From an uncultured Thermoleophilia bacterium (GTDB lineage: Bacteria > Actinomycetota > Thermoleophilia > Gaiellales > F1-60-MAGs149), in NCBI GenBank assembly GCA_963800515.1, contig CAWDBC010000006.1, positions 2,087 to 66,086 on the forward strand: DNA of 64,000 nucleotides, written 5' to 3'. Below the pieces are notes generated by a model. The model was not told the origin of the DNA. It made no database searches and saw nothing but the letters and a program-made list of their open reading frames with translations. Positions within the stretch are counted from its first letter, which is position 1; every line of letters begins with the position of its first letter. The position numbers and the translations under genes are program-made. Below, piece after piece: positions 61,708 to 64,000 of the stretch.

Positions 61708-62653
61708 TCAGCCGACGCGGGAGCCGCGGACCGGGCGCTCCGGACCCCCGTCGAGCGACGCCGCGCGGTCGCCGAGCTCCGTCCGCGCGAACTCGAGGAA
61801 CGCCCGCAGGACGCGGGAGACCGCCCGGCTGGCCGGACGCACCGAGTAGAAGAGCCGGTTCGGGTCGAGTCCCGCGACGCGGGCCACGCCGAACCGCTCG
61901 TCGTCGCCCTCGATCGCGAGGCGGGACATGAAGGTGACGCCGAGACCGGCCTCCACCGCCGTCTTGGTCGACTCCTGCAGCCCCAGCTCGGCGATGACGT
62001 TCAGGTCCCGCTGCTTGACCCCGACCGCGCGGAGCTCCCGCTCGACGACGGAGCGGACGCCGGATCCCTCCTGCTGGATCACGAGCGGCTCCCGCCGGAG
62101 CTCGTCGAGGGTGATCTCCCGACCGGCGAAGGGATGGCCCGCCGGGGTCAGGAGGACGAGCTCGTCGCGGAGGAACGGCTCGAAGACGAGGGAGCGATGC
62201 GGGCCGGTCGGCGCCCACGATGCCGAGCTCGAGCTGCCGGTCGGCGACGCGGTCGACCACCGTGTCGGTGTCGTCCACCCGGAGCGAGACGAGCACCTCC
62301 GGATGGAGCAGGCGGAAGGCGCCGAGGAGCTGCGGGAGCACGCGCTCGCCCGGGCCGGTGGACGCCCCGACGACGAGCGAGCCGCCGATCGCCGACTGCT
62401 CCTCCGACAGGTTGTGGATCAGCTCCTGCTCCTGGGCGAGGATGCGCTGGGCGTGGCGGTAGACGATCTGGCCCGCGTCCGTCGGGGCGACGGTACGGCC
62501 GGAACGGTCGATCAGCGTGGTCCCGAGCCTCCGCTCCAGGGAGCGGATGGCCAGCGACACGGCGGGCTGCGTGACCCCGAGGTGGTCGGCGGCCTGCGAG
62601 AAGGAGGCTCGATCGACGACGACGACGAGACACTGCAGCTGCTTCGTGTCCAT
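61708..62653 (-). pseudogene. LysR-family transcriptional regulator, one frameshift
   Basis: Head MDTKQLQCLVVVVDRASFSQAADHLGVTQPAVSLAIRSLERRLG..LELGIVG (ORF 61658..62653). The effector domain PTGPHRSLVFEPFLRDELVLLTPAGHPFAG..VIQQEGSGVRSVVEREL..LGVTFMSRLAI.. is in the ORF 61708..62082 frame. The switch is near 62208-62212. Confidence 0.85.
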
Positions 62654-62665
62654 CCCGGTCGGCGC

Positions 62666-64000
62666 CTAGTTCGGGACCGGATCGCCCGGGGACAGGAGGC
62701 TCGCCGGAACGGTGGACGGGACGTCGTGGCGTTGCGGCGACCGCGCCGTCTCGATCACCAGGGAGGCCGCCCCGGGGCCGTCGCCGCGGTCGAGCAGGCT
62801 CTCGATCTCGGCGAGCCGACCGGTCAGCCAGTCCGCATCGATCCGGGACCGTCGCGCGCGCTGGAGCTTGTCGTGCCCGGCGTCGACCCGGTCCACGACC
62901 TCGTCCGCGTCGAAGAGCTGCTCGTGGAGCTTCTCGCCGGGCCGGATCCCGACGACCCTGATCTCGATGTCGCGCTCGGGCTCGCGCCCGGAGAGGCGGA
63001 TCATGTCCCTGGCCAGGTCGAGGATCCGGACCGGCTCGCCCATGTCGAGCACGAAGATGTCCCCCGAGTCGCCGACGCCGCCGGCCTGGATCACGAGCTG
63101 CGCGGCCTCCGGGATCGTCATGAAGAACCGTGTCATCTCCGCGTCCGTCACGGTGACGGGTCCGCCGGCCTCGATCTGGCGGCGGAAGATCGGGATCACG
63201 GAGCCGGACGAGCCGAGGACGTTGCCGAAGCGCACGGCGATGAAGCGGGTCGCCCCGTCGTCCTGGGCGGCCGCCTCGACCACCAGCTCGCAGAGGGCCT
63301 TCGTCGCGCCCATCACCGTCTGCGCGGCGACGGCCTTGTCGGTCGAGATCAGCACGAACCGCTCCACCCCGGCCCCCCGCGCGAGCTCGACCATCCGGCG
63401 CGTCGCGAGGCTGTTGTTGCGGATCGCCTGCGCCGGGTTCAGCTCCATCATCGGCACGTGCTTGTAGGCGGCGGCGTGGAAGATCACCGCCGGGCGGTAC
63501 TCGGCGAGGACGGAGCGCAGGAGCGCGCGGTCCTTGACGTCGGCGATGACCGGAACGTGCGCCTCGAAGCCGCGCTCGGCCAGGCTGCGCTCGATCTCGA
63601 AGAGGTTCCCCTCGGCGTGGTCGACGAGGACCAGGCAGCCCGGCTCGAGCCGGACCAGCTGCCGGCAGAGCTCCGAGCCGATGGACCCCCCGGCGCCGGT
63701 GACGAGCACGGTGCGGCCGGTCACGTAGCCGCCGATCTCGGCCGCGTCGAGGTGCACGGGCTCGCGGCCGAGCACGTCCTCCACGCGCACCTCGCGCAGC
63801 TGCTCGACGAGGTTCAGGTCGCCCTGCAGCAGCTCGTTGACGGACGGGAGCGTGCGCACGCGGACCCCGCCCGTCGTCGCCACCTCGGCGATCCTCCGCC
63901 GGACCGACCCGGCCGCGGCGGGCATGGCGATCACGACCTCGTCGGGCCGGTTGTCGGCGATCACGTCGGCGAGCTCCGACGTCGGCCCCAGGACGCGGAC
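62666..64000 (-). CDS. CapD/PglF/WbpM-type polysaccharide biosynthesis protein (nucleotide-sugar 4,6-dehydratase SDR); 5' end outside the window
   Basis: ..GRTVLVTGAGGSIGSELCRQL..IFHAAAYKHVPMME (YxxxK)..FVLISTDKAV..VMGATKA..RFGNVLGSSGSVIP..MTRFFMTIPEA.. The frame is still open at 64000. Confidence 0.9.
   Translation of the reverse strand, partial: VRVLGPTSELADVIADNRPDEVVIAMPAAAGSVRRRIAEVATTGGVRVRTLPSVNELLQGDLNLVEQLREVRVEDVLGREPVHLDAAEIGGYVTGRTVLVTGAGGSIGSELCRQLVRLEPGCLVLVDHAEGNLFEIERSLAERGFEAHVPVIADVKDRALLRSVLAEYRPAVIFHAAAYKHVPMMELNPAQAIRNNSLATRRMVELARGAGVERFVLISTDKAVAAQTVMGATKALCELVVEAAAQDDGATRFIAVRFGNVLGSSGSVIPIFRRQIEAGGPVTVTDAEMTRFFMTIPEAAQLVIQAGGVGDSGDIFVLDMGEPVRILDLARDMIRLSGREPERDIEIRVVGIRPGEKLHEQLFDADEVVDRVDAGHDKLQRARRSRIDADWLTGRLAEIESLLDRGDGPGAASLVIETARSPQRHDVPSTVPASLLSPGDPVPN

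Noticed and set aside
1-64000. Mobile elements, prophage, defence systems, toxin-antitoxin pairs, tRNA or rRNA genes
   Set aside because: No transposase, integrase or recombinase-like translation appears in any frame. I noticed no terminal inverted repeats, no tRNA-like T-arm (GGTTCGAATCC-type) sequence outside coding frames, and no compositional island apart from short AT-richer promoter spacers.

Overview
Very GC-rich, densely coding bacterial chromosome segment. It looks Actinomycetota-like: GC-saturated third codon positions, many ATGA/GTGA start-stop overlaps, and TANNNT -10 boxes placed for leaderless mRNAs. I can support about 58 protein genes. I saw no rRNA, tRNA, CRISPR array, transposase, integrase or phage gene.

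The main theme is cell-envelope glycan assembly, which spans the whole window and runs off both ends:
- three Wzy_C (O-antigen ligase/polymerase family) membrane proteins
- two Wzx/MOP flippases
- two phosphoglycosyl transferases (small PglC type, large WbaP type)
- a kinase-less Wzz-like co-polymerase
- about ten GT2/GT4 glycosyltransferases, one of them a GT4-GT2 fusion
- five nucleotide-sugar SDR enzymes: three GalE-like epimerases, a UDP-glucuronate decarboxylase and a CapD/PglF-type dehydratase
- two ATP-grasp ligases and a deacetylase-like protein
- secreted glycoside-hydrolase-like proteins, a PQQ-propeller lipoprotein and a 978-aa beta-helix protein

Metabolic and regulatory islets are interleaved with these genes:
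- ComA-like phosphosulfolactate synthase, a FAD flavoprotein and an aldo/keto reductase
- RibD_C reductase divergent from a tightly coupled FolE, ferredoxin-reductase-like flavoprotein and FolP2-like operon
- an ApbE / ferric-reductase-like membrane operon
- gamma-glutamyltranspeptidase
- psuG-psuK
- a MetE-like methyltransferase
- a Fur-family regulator divergent from a VIT1 transporter
- rhodanese and a LysR regulator

The most striking sequence-level observation is that about 21 small indels, including an exact 8-bp tandem duplication, interrupt 13 genes. They are strongly clustered, with every gene between 48.6 and 54.3 kb broken. This is either real operon decay or local consensus error, and the sequence alone cannot say which.

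The many long Arg/Pro/Gly-rich ORFs in the six-frame track are antisense or off-frame shadows of the real genes.
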